A stretch of 64,000 bases of DNA from Yuukianura sp. NJ FZ-2021 (GCA_046563655.1 CM102285.1:14136001-14200000); one strand, 5' to 3'. Numbered from the stretch's first letter, positions 14,326-27,863 are shown. The notes: generated by a model from the letters alone, not told the origin. A program made the numbers and translations.

Positions 14326-17017
14326 CTACTTTAGTGGTGTCACTTTTCCCTTTGAAACTCCGTTTTTTTTTCAGAGTCTCATGTATCTTGCATGGTTTAA
14401 TCAACCAGCAGCCCCGTTTGAAGGAAAAAGGAAGCTCATTTTGAGCAGATGAGGAAAAGTGTCCCACTTGAAGAAAAGCCCGGGAAAAATTGTCACTTTC
14501 CTTCAAAGTCCTTCATTTGACGTGGTTTTTGCTTGTGGCTGATTAGGTTTTGGTGAAAGTAAAAAATTCGGGAGTGGGGAGAGGAAATTAGTCTCCTTGT
14601 CAAACGGCAACTTGTCCCACCGAAAAAGTGGCTCAAAAAAAAATCCCACCAAGAAAATGCAATTTTCTTTTTTTCGTTTTTTTATGATGAACTGCTTCTC
14701 CATTTTCGAAAAAAAAAAGCTTCACATGGGAGTGGAATGCCAAGTGGATTGGATGGATTCTCTCCCGAGCCAATTTTCATGGTGGCTCGAGGGCTGCCGG
14801 TGGGGCTTTTTTTGCCGCCGTGTTTTTCAGGGTTCCAGAAACTATGCTTAGAAGCTTCATTTCTTAACCTAACTTAACAACCTAACTAACCTAACCAACA
14901 TAACTTGAAGTTGCTCCCGCTCCCGTTGCTGATCTCTTAATTAAAGTTTTCATTTACGAGGCTCCTCCTCCCACAGTTTTTACTACGCCGACCGCAAATA
15001 ACTTTCTCTACACCACTCAAATTACAAAATTCGTTCAAAAAATTTCTCAACCTAAGATTTTTTCCTCAGTTTTTTAAATTTTGGTGGTCTTCATGCGTTC
15101 TCTCATGGAAGCTCACCCACGTCAATGTTTCAAATTTTACTTTTTTCAGAATTTCAAATTTTCTAACTTTTTCAACATTGAACCTAATCTAACAAAAATT
15201 TGGTTTAAAGAAACTAGTTTTTCGTGGAAAATGGAAACTGCAATGGAGAAAGTTGTTTGGTTTTGAAAAGTTTCATGACTGAAAAGCAGTTTTGGTTGAA
15301 GGTTTTGTGAAAAGGAGGTTTTTGTGTAATGAAAGGTATGGAATGAGGTTGTATTTGGTAGTGGAGTGAATGGGAATTCTTTAGGTTGGGTTTAAGAGTT
15401 GAATTGAAAGGAAGTTTGAAGTCACCTGTAGAATAGAAGAATAAGAGCAACAGTCCCTTTGAACAAACAGGAACGGAGAAAGCACAAGGGCCCCCTTTAT
15501 TGCCTCTTCCCAAAGCAAACATCCTTCCTCTCCAACTGCTTTTCAATAAAAACCAAATCCAGACTATGCTAGGCCTTCTTAATGAAAAATAGGTTATTGC
15601 TTTCGTCAGGCTAGAACTTAGCTTAACATAAACCTCAAAAGCTATAACTTTAGCTTAACTTAACCCAAAAAGTCTCAAATGCGGTACTGCATAGCCTAAC
15701 ATTAGCTAAAAAGTTAGGCTTACCTTAGGGGTTATGGAGTTTTCAAGTTTGACTTAACAGTTCACTTGCTGGTTTGACTTTCTCCAAGTAAAATCAGTTC
15801 GAGGAAATTCATTTCGTTTTTTTTTAAATAATGTCCTCAGGGAAGATAGGGTTTTAGATGAATTTTAAAATTTTGATTTCTTCTTGCTTTTTTCAAAATA
15901 TCTAAAACTAAACTCAATTCAAGGAATTCAAGGAAATTCAAGTAGCAACCTTGGTTGCGACGTTATGAGTTTAGTTGTGACCTTGTGACCTTAGGCCCTC
16001 TGGTTCAGAGGTCAAGGCATATTGGATTGTTTATGGGTTTGGTTTTTTTTAGAGTTAGAGAAAGTGGAATTTGAGAATTTATGTTATTTTTTGTTCCGCT
16101 GGTGGAAAGAAGTTGGTGCAGTTTGATGTTGATGTGAATTGAATGTCAAAGGTCGTTAAGGAACCTCTTAACTTCGTGAAGGTTGAATTTATGGAAGAGG
16201 GAAGGGCGGAGGAATGTCAACGCAGAATAATTATTACTCCAACTGCAGAGCACCATGACCTCTGACCTCTTTTACTTTCTCCAACTGCCTCATCCAATTC
16301 AAATCATACATCACATTCAAAAGTTCCCTCCTTTTTCTTAAATTAACAATCACACATCACTTTACGACTTTTTTCAACTGATTCTGCTGTTTTTAAAAAC
16401 TAAGTTTAAAAAACAGCGCTACATAAAAAATTTTTGTTTTTTAAAAAAGTGAAAGTTAAGAGAAAGTTGTTGGCCATTTTTGCTTGTTTTTTACTAAAAT
16501 TGAAATTGTTTTGAATTTGTCACTTTCGAAATGGCGGGATTTCCGTTTCGAAAAGTTTCAAAGTGTAACACTTTATTTTTAATCCGGAAAACTTAGTAGT
16601 AGTATAGTGGTCTCAAATAATTGTTTTAGAAGAAAGTTACAAGGAAGGAGGGACTCGCTACTTAAGCTAATAAGAAGAGCCTCTTAAATTTTAGCTTGTC
16701 CTCAACTTCTGTAGAGGAGAGCGGCGTTTCTTAACGGTGGGTCAGGCAGCCCCACCGAGGCCCCACCGCCTTGTTTCCTCCAAAACTTTGTGAGTTCTGG
16801 AAGCTTTTAGTCTAATTTTGAAGCCATAAGCTTGTTTTCCTTGTCTCTTCCGTAGTTTAATTATCAGGAGATTTACTTTGTTAGGGAAAAGGACCAAAAA
16901 GAGGCGGGAGAAAGTAGCGAGAGTTATAAATTGTAACAAAGTTTTAATTCCATTTCCAGTCGTCCTTAACTCCACTTCTGCTAAGGATCGAGTTAAGGAC
17001 GAGTGGACGGGTGGACG

Positions 17018-17268
17018 CAAGGTTTGTTGAATTAATTTTCTATAACAGGTTGCGTAATAACTGTTATTTTTTTCGATTTCACAAAAAAGGTAATTTGCAT
17101 TATACAACGTTATAAACGATTTTTGTTAAATTTCATATATAAAACTTGGAATATTTTGGAATAGTACCAATTGTACTCATTTTTCTTTGTTATTTTCATT
17201 TTTTTGGTAAATAACGGACTTATTACGCAACCTGTTAAGAAGTTGTAAATGGTTGTCAAGGAACCTTG
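17018..17268. mobile_element. CAAGG-MITE copy B
   Basis: Termini CAAGGTT/AACCTTG; perfect 8-bp TSD GGTGGACG (17010-17, 17269-76); perfect 18-bp subterminal inverted repeat TAACAGGTTGCGTAATAA (17043-60 / 17220-37). Confidence 0.9.
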
Positions 17269-17539
17269 GGTGGACGGAGAAAGTTAGGCTAAGGGTGCCT
17301 ACGTTGAACGATGACGTTAGAGTTAGTGGTGGAGCCATATGTGATGGACAGTGGGTTGAGTAGTGGGTGGGACTTGGTGTCGCCCCACATGTCCCACGAC
17401 GAAAACGAAAAAACTTTTTTTTTTAGTTTTTTTCGAAAACTGTCTTTTCCACATGTGGGCTTCTCTTTTTGTTAGGGAGATCGATGGCACAACCTGTCAA
17501 CTTTCACTTTCCCCTGTCATCCCACTTCCAACAAAACTA

Positions 17540-17598
17540 ATACCCACCCCCGCCCGCTTGATACCCACCCCCGCCCATTTTGATACCCACCCCCGCCC
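17540..17598. repeat. 3 x about 21-bp C-rich repeat ATACCCACCCCCGCCC
   Basis: Directly visible tandem copies. Confidence 0.75.
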
Positions 17599-18495
17599 CC
17601 TTTTGTCTCTCAGCGGGCCCATCCCAGGCACACTTGTGACCAAAAGTGTCATCAAAAATATTTTTGGCAGGAAAAGTCAACTTTTTCACCCCTCTTTTCT
17701 CTCATTTTTTTTATTTCTGCTTTTTTAGGCTGTTTTTCTCTGGAAAGTAAAAGTTTGTTTAGATTTTCAATTTCGGTTTTCCCAATTATAAAATTTGGCT
17801 TTTTTAAAAAGGCGCGTGTTTGCCATTTTCAACAGAAAACTTAGCCGCACCGAAGAATAATTTTGAGTCTTGGATTATTTTCTAACTTTTCCCGCCGACT
17901 TTCTCCCAAAACTGAAAAAGGAAAAACAAAACAAAAGGAAAAGTGGTGAGTGTTTTCATTTGATTAGGAAAACTTTTCCAGCTCTTGAATTTGTGCTGTT
18001 TTCTTAATTGCGTTAAGGCTCAAATTGTCTTTCTCTGGCTTTCCCTCTGCCTGGTATCGATCCTCCACCACTCATTTCCATATTCATGTTCCTAGTCCAT
18101 TGGACTACTAAAATTGGGCGTCTCTAGCCATTCCTCACTATGACTAAAGGAACTTGTTGTTTTCCAACTTGTGGAGTCAATGAGTGTAAATTCAATCAAT
18201 TAGAACAGTCAAGCCTGAAGAATTAAAAAGAGAAAGCAGTGCAGGAAGCCAAAACTTTATAACTTCCCTATTGTCTCTTCCAGGAAGTTTTCAAGAGGAC
18301 TTTCTCTAAACGCAATCAACCGGAACACACTGTGTCCTAAAATTCTCTGTTTTTGGCACATCCACTTTCACTTTTTTTTCAAAATTTCCCGCGAATTCTA
18401 GTTTTCAAAATTCAAAATATGTCCCAGTTTTCTGGTTTTTAGTTTTCAGTTGAACTGGTTTAGCTTTCGTGTCAACTTCAGCAGTGGGTGAGTGG

Positions 18496-18775
18496 CAAGG
18501 TTCCTTGACAACCGCATTTACAACTCCTTAACAAGTTGCGTAATAACTCCGTTGTTTACCCTCAAAAAATGGAAATAACAAAAATCTGAGTACCACTCGT
18601 ACCAAATCCGAAAAATTCGAATTTTTGGTATCAATTCGTATGTAAAATTAAAAAAAAAATAGCTTATAATATTGCGGTTACGATACCCTAAAATGCAAAC
18701 TAACTTTTTTTGTGAAATCGAAGAAACACGAGTTATTACGCAACCTGTTATGGGAAATTAAATCAACAAACCTTG
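18496..18775. mobile_element. CAAGG-MITE copy C (opposite orientation to copy B)
   Basis: Termini CAAGGTT/AACCTTG; flanks GGTGAGTGG / GGTGGGTGG (9 bp, one mismatch); subterminal IR 18529-49 / 18730-50; similar to copy B as its reverse complement. Confidence 0.88.
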
Positions 18776-19804
18776 GGTGGGTGGGATTCACTGCAGGGGG
18801 TTTGGGGGTTTTTTGATATGATAAATTTTGGATCCTCAAAGGTCAACTTTGTCCCGGGTTTCGGTTGGCTCTTTCCAGAATCTGATTTATGAATTCTATG
18901 CTTTTTTTTTGCTGTAGCTGGATTGTCCTTAGCCAAAATGTCATTCCATTGTCCTTAGACTCCTCTTTCTGCTTTCCAAAAACGAGAACTTTGGATTGAT
19001 ATTCAGGAGAGAAGAAACTTTCTCTCCTTTTTCCAACTAGAAGAGCTGAACTTTTCAAAGATTTTCTTGGCAACCTTTAGAAGAAAACGAAAAAATAGCA
19101 TTTCCTATCCCACCATGAGACTTTTACTCTCTTTTTAAGAAATTGGGAAGTGAAAGGTGCTCCACTTTAGTTTTTGTTCTAAAAAGAAATTTTTTGGAAA
19201 AAAAAAGTTTTTACGGATTTTCAATGCGCCTCTGCAATGATAAAAGTTTGAAGTTTTCGTTCCAAAAGGGATTTGAGAAAATGATTTCTAATTTAGAGAA
19301 AGCGGGAAAGCAGAAAGCACGTTTCGAAAAAACTTTGTATGAAAATCTACATTTAATTTTTGAAAAGTCTGTCGTTTGACCTCGGCACAAGCAAGGTCAA
19401 ATGAGAAAAGTTGAAGTTTTGGGAGGTCAGAGTTCACAGGAGTAGGATTTGAGAGGAAGTGGCAGAAAACAAGGAAGGAGGGACAAGGAAATTAAAAATT
19501 CATGAGAGGATTTTGGAAAAGAAGTTTTCTGACATTTATTTCCAATTCTGTGCATCAGGTGCTGTCCAACAAAAGTTGGAAAGAGAGAAAGTCAGAGGAA
19601 GAAGAGGGAAAAGTTTTTCAAATAATCCAAAAGAGAAAACAATTCCTCAAACATGGACTTCCCCCGTCTCATGTCAAAGTTTTAATAGGAAAGAAACGCT
19701 CTGCTTTTCAAATTTCCTGTTCAGACAAGAACAGAAAGAAAAACTTGTCGAAACCGTTCGAAACAAAAATATTTAAACTGCAAATTGTGCCAAATCCTCT
19801 TTTC

Positions 19805-20520
19805 AGTTACTGCAAATATTATCCCTTCGTCTGTCAATATTTGCAGTATACACTACTTCACCCGAATACTGCAAACAACGCCAATATTAATACTGCAAAT
19901 AACGGCATTACTGCAAACACTGCCAATGCTGCTAATACAGATATTACTGCAAACACTCCTCCCAATGCTAGAAATACTGCCAACAAAACAATATTGCAAA
20001 TACTGCACATATTGCCATTACAGCAAACACAGCAAATACTGCAATCATAGTCACTACTGCAAACACGGCAAATACAGCAATCATAGTCATTACTTCATTA
20101 CTGCAAACACGGCAAATACAGCAATCATAGTCATTACTGCAAACACGGCAAATACTGCAATCATAGTCATTACTGCAAACACGGCAAATACTGCAATCAT
20201 AGTCATTACTGCAAACACGGCAAATACTGCAATCATAGTCATTACTGCAAACACGGCAAATACTGCAATCATAGTGATTACCGCAACACTGATATTACTG
20301 CAAACACTGTCAATACTGCAATTAATGCAACTATTGCCATATTACTGTAAACACTGGCAATACTGCAATCAACGCAAATACTCCCTTTGCTGTAAACACT
20401 GGCAATACTGGAATTCTACCAATATTGAAATTACTGCAAACACTAAAAGCACTGCTCATTTACTACTGCACATTCGGCTGGTATTGCAAATACACCAAAC
20501 ATTTTCATTGCTGCAAATGC
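19805..20520. repeat. Minisatellite built on a 9-bp ACTGCAAAY subunit; homogenised 36-bp core ACTGCAAACACGGCAAATACTGCAATCATAGTCATT at about 20100-20280
   Basis: Five near-perfect 36-mers flanked by degenerate 9-mer copies; this explains the spurious ORFs 19502, 19785 and 20090. Confidence 0.92.
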
Positions 20521-21103
20521 TTGAATTTTTGAAAATGCTACTCTTATCTTTTCCGCCATTTCGACTTACAACTGTAGCGCCTTATTTGACGTTAAATAAT
20601 TTAGGCTTGGAAAGTTTGAATTGTGGAAGGTGTGAAAGTGGAATGAAGGAGATTTAAGTTTTGGAATGGCGGGAGAAAGCGAAGCGAGATGCTATCAAGT
20701 TCCTGGAGAGATAAAGGGAGTAACTACAGCTTCCTAGAAGAGACACGGAGTCAGTCGGGGGGACGTGTGGACTAAATTGGAAAAATCCAGTTTTCTTGCA
20801 GGATGATTGATGATCCCAGGGTCTCCGGAACCTTGAACACTCCTACAATTACGACTGTTCCCTCGAGAAGCCTTTTGGCCCTTAACTTTCTCCCGCCATA
20901 TCCAGCAGAAGATGCAAAATTCCACGGAGGAGACGACTCAGAAGAGATAATGGAGACTAAATCAGACGAAAGTTCGAGAGAAGATTCCATTGGGGATGAA
21001 CTTTTTCCACCAAGGAGTGACACGGACCCGCCGAAGTCCCCCGCCCCCTGCGAAGTCCCCCTCTTCTCAACAGTTGCTTCCGAATTGGATTACGGGCGGT
21101 AGC

Positions 21104-21383
21104 CAAGGTTGTTTAAATCGAAATTTTGCTTGTTTTTTCTTAGCAGGTTATGCCATAACTTCTGGTTATAAACACTGTTTTTTTGATTTTTTTTCAGCAA
21201 AAGATGAACTCGCGTCATATAAAGTAAACGAGATTGGTACGAAATTAATGCTTTTTAGCTTTTTTCTTATTCAAATACAACAGGACCTTTGTTCCTTTGT
21301 TTTTTTTCTTAATTTTTTCAAAAAAGCGAGTTATGGTATAACCTGTTACGGCATTGGTATAAATGGCTATAATACCAACCTTG
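21104..21383. mobile_element. CAAGG-MITE copy D
   Basis: Termini CAAGGTTG/CAACCTTG; flanks GGCGGTAGC / GGCGGAAGC (9 bp, one mismatch); subterminal IR CAGGTTATGCCATAACT (21144-60) / AGTTATGGTATAACCTG (21329-45). Confidence 0.88.
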
Positions 21384-22617
21384 GGCGGAAGCTAAGAGAA
21401 AAATTCCGAGAAAACCGCAAAGAACGCCACCCATCATCTCTCAACTTTCTCTTTTTTAAATTTTGTATAACTTTTCAAAATTTTAAAATTCTCTCCTCAT
21501 GAATAGATGGCATAATTAATGAAATTTCCGCTCTTTTGAAACTGTTGCTCCCTTTTCAAAAATTTTGAACAAAATCCTAACCTTTTCAAATCTCCACACA
21601 CTAAATGTTCTGCTTTTAGTTTTTTGGAGAAAGCCGTTAGGTTATAATCAACATAACCTAATCTAGTCTAACCTAACTGGAAACTGAAAGTATGAGGAAA
21701 TGGAGGAAACGAGGAAATAGGCGGAGAGGTAATGAAGGGCAACGAGGGAATGGGAAAGATTAAAAGTTTTCCTTCTCTTATGCTTTCACTTTACTTTCTT
21801 CTTCCAAGTCATGATTTATTCCAATCAGAAAGAGAAAGAAACCTCTCGTCTCTTTTTTTCATAAATTTGGATGAAATTCTAGAGTTTTAGAATTGTAGAA
21901 AAGCAAAATTTTCTAGATTTTTCAAATTCTGAGTGAAATCTGCTGGCATTTGTTCCATTCCTAATTCCTTTCACTCCTAATTCTTTTTCTTCTTTTGAGA
22001 GAAAAGAAAATTTTCTTCAGATTTTCAAAACTTTCCACTCAACTCGATCTCTTAATTCTTCCAAGTGCCAGTCAAACTAAAAAACTCTGTTTCAAAAAAA
22101 AAATTCAAAAAAAGAGAAAATTTTGAAACAATGCCTCCTCCCCACTTCCTCCTCTCAGTTCCTGCTTTTTAGGTTAGTTTTTTTTTTTCAAATGTTAGGT
22201 TAGGTTTTTTGATTTAAGTTTGGTTCAGAAAGAAAAAAACATTTGGAAAGAGAAAGTCCTTTGGAATAAGACTTTTTTCTTTTACTTTTTCTTTTTTTCT
22301 TGGCAATTGAATGAGGATGAGATATGAATCTCAGAAATCCATCGAAGGGGGAATCGAACCAACGGCTCTCGATTTTTTTCCTGCTCCTTCTCCTTCATCC
22401 TGATTCTCATAGAATAGAAGAATCTCAGTCTCTGATTTATGTCGCTGCTTTCTCCGAGTCAAAAGACTTTTGCCAAAAAAGAGAAAGCGAAACCCTTCGG
22501 ATTCCTACACAAAATCATCCAGAATTCCTTTACTATGTGTCTCCACACAAAAACTTCGGACCATGTCATGTCACAAGGTCCGAGCAAAGTCACCACAAGA
22601 TCAATGACCTTTGGGTT

Positions 22618-22967
22618 GAATTTTTAAAAATGTTACAAAAAAGTTGAGGTCAAAGGTCAATCATTCAAAAGCAACAGAACAAGCAAAACTTTCAATTTTG
22701 AACGTAATTTTTACTAAGCTTGTTTTCAGACTTTTCTTAAACGGCGGAGAATCAAGGAAAAATTGGTCAAGAAAATTTGCAATTTTGAAATTTCGAGCCG
22801 AATTTTTAAAAATGTAGCAAAAAAGTTGAGGTCAAAGGTCAACCATTCAAGGCAGAATTAGTAAACTTTGAAAGTAAAAAGTAACTTAGCACACCCGATT
22901 TCTGAGTTTTCTTAAACGGTGGAGACTCGGAGCAGAAATGTTCCACAAAATTTGAAATTTCGAGCTG
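22618..22967. repeat. Diverged tandem duplication of about 180 bp, each unit carrying AGGTCAAAGGTCA
   Basis: GAATTTTTAAAAATGT..CAAAAAAGTTGAGGTCAAAGGTCAA.CATTCAA...TTCTTAAACGG.GGAGA...TTTGAAATTTCGAGC occurs at 22618 and 22800. Confidence 0.8.
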
Positions 22968-24334
22968 TTTTGCTGTTGTTTTGTTTTGAAATGTCGCTCA
23001 TCCAGAAGTTGTCCAACGTGACCTGCGCTGTGCTCCCAGTTCTGAGAATTTAGTAAGAAGGTGACTTGATCCTAAAAGCGTTTTCGGTTGACTGGCCACC
23101 CTGAAATGGTCTTCTCTTTGGCTTCTTCCGCGCTCAAGTGGACTTTGGCTTTGACTCCCTCCTAAATCCTTGTTTTTTCCCGCTCCGCCGTAATTCTCTG
23201 CCTCCCGCTCCTTCTTCATCGCTTTCCCCAAAAATCTTTGACTGGAAGTCGCTGAAGCGCAAGATGCTACACCGAAGGGCTGGAACTGAAACGCTGCTTC
23301 TTCATTCTTCTCTCCAGCCAACGCTCCAACTGAAGAAGATCCATCAGAATCAGTCTCTGTCTCCACTTTGCCCATCTTAATGACACTCATCAAGTGAAAG
23401 CACCTCTAACCTAACTTCCGTAACCCCCCCCCCTCTTCTTCGAACCCCCCCTCCCCCTCTACCTGCCTGTAGCTCTCCTCCCATCCATCTTAATTCACGT
23501 CAACTCTCCCACCCCCACAAATGACCCCCAAATTCTGTGACCTAAACTTTGACTCTTCAACTTTCTAAAGGTTAAGTTAACATAGCCTACTATTTTCTAT
23601 GTAAAGATTGTGGAAAGCGGGAAAAGGCAAATTTAAGGTTAGGTTGAATGTTAGGCTAGTTTATAGCCTATCTCCTCCATTTCCATAATTAGAACTGAAG
23701 GAATGGATTTGTTTTCTCTTTTCCCGCCTGACATTTCCCGTTTTCCAGAGAGCGGGAGTTTTTGAAAATCCCGGCGGAGACTTCCATTGTCTTCTGCACT
23801 CCTTTTGTTTCCCTCCTAAAACATCTCTGCTCCGAAATCTGACTCCTTTTGTCCATGTGTGTGCCTTTCTCTGCCCTTCGCCTGTTGACATTACCTCTCT
23901 CTAACATAGGAGTCCATTGAAGGAGAAACGCTGAAAAGCACTGGAAGCTCTTTACAAAAACATTGTTTTCATAATTCAGTGTTGACATAATGGAATCCCA
24001 AAACTAACGGCCCCCCTTAACTCCATGCCACCAGTACACTCTAAGCCGTTCCATCCAGATTGAGCCATTTCTCAACAACTAAACCAAAATCTAACTATGG
24101 ATCTAGGCTCCCCCCTCCTGGGAATTCATGTAATAACGCTGCCCCCCCCCTCCCTAGCACCAGGCAGGTGAAAGTTTGTAACATTTTCAAGGGGGCGGGG
24201 AAAACCATAACACGATTTTTTTTAACGTGAAGTAGCACAATGTTAGCCTAACCTTGTAAATAAGGTGAAAAAAACTACATTATTTTGAAAAAAAGGGCAA
24301 ATTTTGAAGTTGGTGAAAACTAGTTTCACAGCGG

Positions 24335-24585
24335 AATTTGAATTTGGCGGGATCAGTTTAACCCCGGAGGGTGGCAATTTTTGAATTGTGTGAAATGGAA
24401 TACATATTACATAAAAGAAAAACATCAACAGAAAACGCATCGACACAAAACTTTCACTGGAGGAGAGTTTTGGTGGATTTTGAATTTGGCGGGATCAGTT
24501 TCATCTCGGAAGTTGGCGGGTTTTGGATTGAGTGAAAATCACTTTCACTAAACAAGAGTTTTGGTGGATTTTGAATTTGGCGGGG
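24335..24585. repeat. Three dispersed copies of TTTGAATTTGGCGGG(ATCAGTTT)
   Basis: Copies near 24337, 24478 and 24569; the last two share the upstream AGAGTTTTGGTGGA. Confidence 0.7.
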
Positions 24586-25924
24586 GAGGGCCTCCCGGGC
24601 GGGAAAGACATTAATTTGTGCCCGCCGTGCTGCCCGGGGAATCCTGCAGTGACACAGAATCCGACGGACTCATTTCCTCTCCCGAATTTTCGGAGAGTAA
24701 TCGGCTCTAATTGGGTTAAATGGAGGAAGAGTTATGGTTTTACTTTGGACGGAGACACAAAACTTCCAAGCACAACTTCTGGACATACTTCCAGCATAGT
24801 ACTTGAGAATTGCTGAACAAAAACACTTTTAGTCAGACTAAAATATAGCAGCCATGTTTGAACAAATTTGGAAAATGGCGGGCTTTTTTTGGTAAGATGG
24901 CGCTAGATTACGAAAGAATGCAAGCTTACACCGAAATTTCAATCTTTTTCTACGACATATGCCTAAAGGTCGACTTTCACTTTTAGAAAATAGGCCACTT
25001 TCTCACACCGGTGGCTCCGTTTTGGTTGATGGTTATGTTTTTGGAGCCACCATGACGGTGGCTCTCTCCCCACCAATGACTTTGGTGGTTCAGGATCCAC
25101 CATGTCATTGGATTTGATGTGAAAGGGATCAAGTTTCCCGCTTTTTTTAAACTAAAAAACTTTTTTGTTTTCTAGTCCAGCATAAGCTTAACTTCAGCCC
25201 AGAAAAAAAAACGTTGGCTACGGGCCATTCGCTTCATGACTCCAGAAAACACAAAACTTTTTTTTTACTTTCTCTTTTCAAACAAAGTTTCAAAAAACGA
25301 GTTCGAGGTCATTCTGGCGCCGTTCGATGTATACAAGTGATTTCAACGATTTCATGCGTCTCCATCTCAAGTTCAAAAAAGTTTGAAATTTCCCTCCACA
25401 ACTCAATAGTTGCTTGGAACTACAGTAGTCATCACTTTGGTAAAAGTGAAAGTGAGCTTGTTTTCGTCTACAGGCGAACTGTTCGATGAAAACAAGCAGA
25501 AAAAACGGTTTTCTCCTAAAGAAAAAGGGAAATGGGTGAAATGGAATCCCAAAATGAAACTTTTTCTTGTTTTCAATGGCCAACTTAAGCTTCTTAGCCT
25601 TTTATTTTTTTCCTTTCTCTTCAACAGGCAATCGGGAAAATGGCGAAAAAACGAAAAAAGGAACTTCAATTTCTAAATCTAACATCCAGCACACTCCTTC
25701 TTTAGAGAAAGAGAGAGAAAAAGTAGTTGTAGTTCATTGGCTTTTTTGGAACAAAAAGTTTTCAAAACTAAAAAATGCTTGTTATGCTTTTACCTAAAGT
25801 ACAGGTAGTCTCGCACTTTTACGAAATCCACTTTTGCTGAATATTTCCCGAAAAAAAAACGAAAAAAGTTTCAGAAACTGAGAATTGGAAAAAAATAAAC
25901 GTTGGGAAATTTGAAAATGGAAAG

Positions 25925-26170
25925 TTGTGGGAAAAAGTGGGAAATTGTGGGAAAAAGTGGGAAATTGTGAGGAAATGTGGGAAATTGCTGGATAAGATTG
26001 TGGTGACCTAGAAAAAGTTGTTCATACTGTATTTTTTGGTAACTTGGCGTCGAAAAAGTGTAGTAATACTAGGAAAATGGTGGATAAGATCGTGGTGACC
26101 TAGAAAAAGTTGCCCATACTGTATTTTTTGGTAACGTAGCGTAAAAAAGGTGTAGTAGTAGTAGGAAATA
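25925..26170. repeat. 10/20-bp GTGGGAAA(A/T) microrepeat followed by a 2 x 92-bp tandem duplication
   Basis: GTGGGAAAAAGTGGGAAATT repeats at 25927-25986; the unit TGGATAAGAT.GTGGTGACCTAGAAAAAGTTG..CATACTGTATTTTTTGGTAAC occurs at 25989 and 26081. Confidence 0.85.
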
Positions 26171-27863
26171 GGAAGTACATGAAGAATGTTGCAAAGGATA
26201 AAAACAAATGAGGGAATTGTGGAAATTGTCAACTCGGGAGAGCCCTTGGAAGGGAACTGTCATCATAACAAAGAGAGGAAATGAAGTCCCTTGTTAAACT
26301 AAAGGGAAGCTTCTCTCGGCTCACTGGAGAAAGTCTTCATTTCCCTTTCCGCTTTCTCCCGCTCTCCCTTAGGTTTAGAGTTAGGTTAAGGTCTAGCCTA
26401 ACCGTTAGGTTTACGTTGTCCAAAATCCATTTCTGTACCACTCTCCCAGTCTCCCTCATCTTCACAAGCTCAACCATAAGAACCAAATTTCCACTTTCAC
26501 AATGGACCTTACTGCCAGTACTTTCGAGAGAAGTTTCCAGAAACCTGTTGGGCCGCTCTGAACCACTTGTTCCTCGCATCTCTACATTTGAACACACAAG
26601 AAAGCACATCTTCTTGTTCTTCCTTTGAAGTTAGCCTAACCTTAGCCTAATGTAACCTAACTCTCTTCATCCATTTCCGTGCGATTAATATTCTTGGCCC
26701 ATTTTGAACCCTAATCAAGAAGCCTCTGGAGGAACTCTCAAACTTCAAAGGAATTTCCAGGCCTCATGTCTTCCAAAGAGCTTCTTTTTCCACTCCACGC
26801 TGCTCACGCATTAAGCAATGCCTTGTAGCTGCCCTTTTGAAAACGAAAAACCGTCTTTTTGAAAAAAAAAACTTGTTTTTCAAAAAAAGTTCCTTGCACT
26901 ACTTTTTCAAAAGTAAAATGAAAGCAGTAACCTCAAATTACTCAACTTTTACCGTTTTAGTGAAAGTAAAAAAAAAGGATGAGCCGAACGAGCAAAGATT
27001 TTGAGCTTCGAGTTCAACATTTTATGGGATTGGTTGTGGTTTCTTGTTTTAAATTTTTAGAAAAGTGCAGTTTTTTTTAAATCTGCGGTAGAATAGGATC
27101 CTGTTTGAACACAAAAAGAAAGTTTGAATTCGGTTCGCTGGGGAAAGAAAGTCATAAAGGGACCTTTTCCGGTACAGAGGAAAAGGAAGTCATTCCACAT
27201 TTAAATTTTAAATCCATTCGATTTCTGGCTACTACTGCAGAAGAGCAAGAAAAAAGTTTTGGGGGAGGTGGGACTTTTCAAAAAATGCGGGAGATGGTGG
27301 GTTTTTGAAAAATAGAGAGTGTGGTGGGGCCCTGGGTGGGTCATAAAAGACCGGGACAGAGACGTCTTGTGTCATAGTAGAAGCATAACCAAGGCATCCG
27401 TCTGCCTTCAATCTAGTTCTGGTGGGACTACAATAGGAGAAAGTGGGGCTGTGGCTCAATTACCGCAGTGGGGAAAGTGCGGATTCTTATGCATAATTCA
27501 CTAGTCCATCCCTCTACGAAAAGAGGCAAACAAGAACCAATTCCAACTGGCACAGCAAATCATCCTTCTAAAGATTAGCACTTTCCCAAGTCCAGGGTTC
27601 GAATCCTCTCGTCTCCTCGTCATTTAGCTCAACCACAATTTGATCAAAATTATCTATAAAACCCACTCCTATATAACAAGATATAAGGAAAATAATAACT
27701 AATAATTTTTGCAGTGACCGGATTCATGTCAATTAGCTCAACACCAATTTGACCGACACTTGTTTAAAAACAAAAAAAATCTGGTTTTGAAAAACAAGCT
27801 TTCAGCTTGTGTTGAATTTTCATTTGAAAAAAAAAAGTCAATTTACTTCAAACAAAGCAGGAC

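Noticed and set aside
19785..20657. 290-aa ORF (and overlapping ORFs 19502-20050 and 20090-20272)
   Set aside because: Starts at a non-ATG codon, is a by-product of the stop-free minisatellite, and shifts repeat frame internally.
20990..21100. Shared GDEL and ELDYG peptides between the orphan ORF and the Scratch C-terminus
   Set aside because: Only 4-5 residue matches with different spacing; most likely coincidence.
22998..23393. 131-aa minus-strand ORF with protein-like composition
   Set aside because: No recognisable domain, no splice signals linking it to other exons, and a length within chance expectation for a GC-richer patch.
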